64,000 nt of DNA from an uncultured virus (IMG/VR IMGVR_UViG_3300009093_000038) (lineage: Duplodnaviria > Heunggongvirae > Uroviricota > Caudoviricetes), in the IMG/VR virus record IMGVR_UViG_3300009093_000038, one strand, 5' to 3'. A program made the position numbers and the translations under genes. The notes under the pieces were generated by a model, which was not told where the DNA came from, did no database searches, and saw only the letters and a list, made by a program, of their open reading frames with translations. Numbering within the stretch: position 1 is the first letter of the stretch; each line of letters opens with the position of its first letter. Positions 63,743 through 64,000 of the stretch are shown here, one piece after another.

Positions 63743-64000
63743 CCGGTGCGTCCACCACGCGGGATTTCACAAAGTAAATCTCCATCCAGCGGAAGACGTA
63801 GTCGATCACTGAGGATGCGTTCCTGATCTCGGGGTTTCCGGTGAAGCCAGAAGGTTCAAAGCGCTGATGAGAGAACTTCTTGGCCAGCGTCTCGATGCTG
63901 ACGCCGTATTGAAGGGACAGGCTGGTGAGTGTGCCGATGGTATCCATCAGTCCGCCGATAGTTGATCCCTCCTTGGCCATGGTGACAAACAGCTCACCGG
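63690..64000 (-). CDS. nrdJ: C-terminal TSCPD domain, probably class II ribonucleotide reductase (partial, runs off window)
   Basis: ELFVTMAKEGST...LQYGV...RFEPSG...SSVIDYVFR. Confidence 0.75.
   Translation of the reverse strand, partial: GELFVTMAKEGSTIGGLMDTIGTLTSLSLQYGVSIETLAKKFSHQRFEPSGFTGNPEIRNASSVIDYVFRWMEIYFVKSRVVDAPVISETPSPDKADQTVPG

Noticed and set aside
1..64000. Alternative genetic code or stop-codon recoding
   Set aside because: Core genes are intact under the standard code and no CTA or TCA suppressor tRNA was found

Overview
Segment of a large (jumbo-type) bacteriophage genome; the host is probably Verrucomicrobia-like (inferred from host-type small proteins). Left arm (0-22 kb): T4-like recombination genes (RecA/UvsX, gp32-like SSB, UvsY-like), two adjacent sigma-factor-like genes, HU, glycosyltransferases, two PAPS-reductase-family genes, a neck protein and an HNH nuclease. 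Centre (22.4-45.6 kb): a minus-strand RNA array with 43 tRNAs covering all 20 amino acids, a tmRNA, a Ro60 (TROVE) gene, eight Y-RNA-like genes with different effector modules, a tRNA-Phe/Y-RNA chimera, other tRNA-like and unclassified structured RNAs, and RNA-processing enzymes. At the head of the array lie a sigma70-like promoter, a 48-codon leader peptide using all 20 amino acids (40 distinct codons) and a terminator/antiterminator pair: a candidate attenuator sensing any tRNA shortage. None of the 43 ordinary tRNAs has the canonical TTC T-loop, and D-loops often covary with it. Right arm (45.6-64 kb): mini-RNase III-like gene, NAD-dependent ligase, family A polymerase with a UDG-like N-terminus, DnaB-like helicase, a glycan-modification cluster and the end of a class II RNR-type gene. 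All calls were read by eye with no database searches; RNA ends may be off by 1-3 nt.
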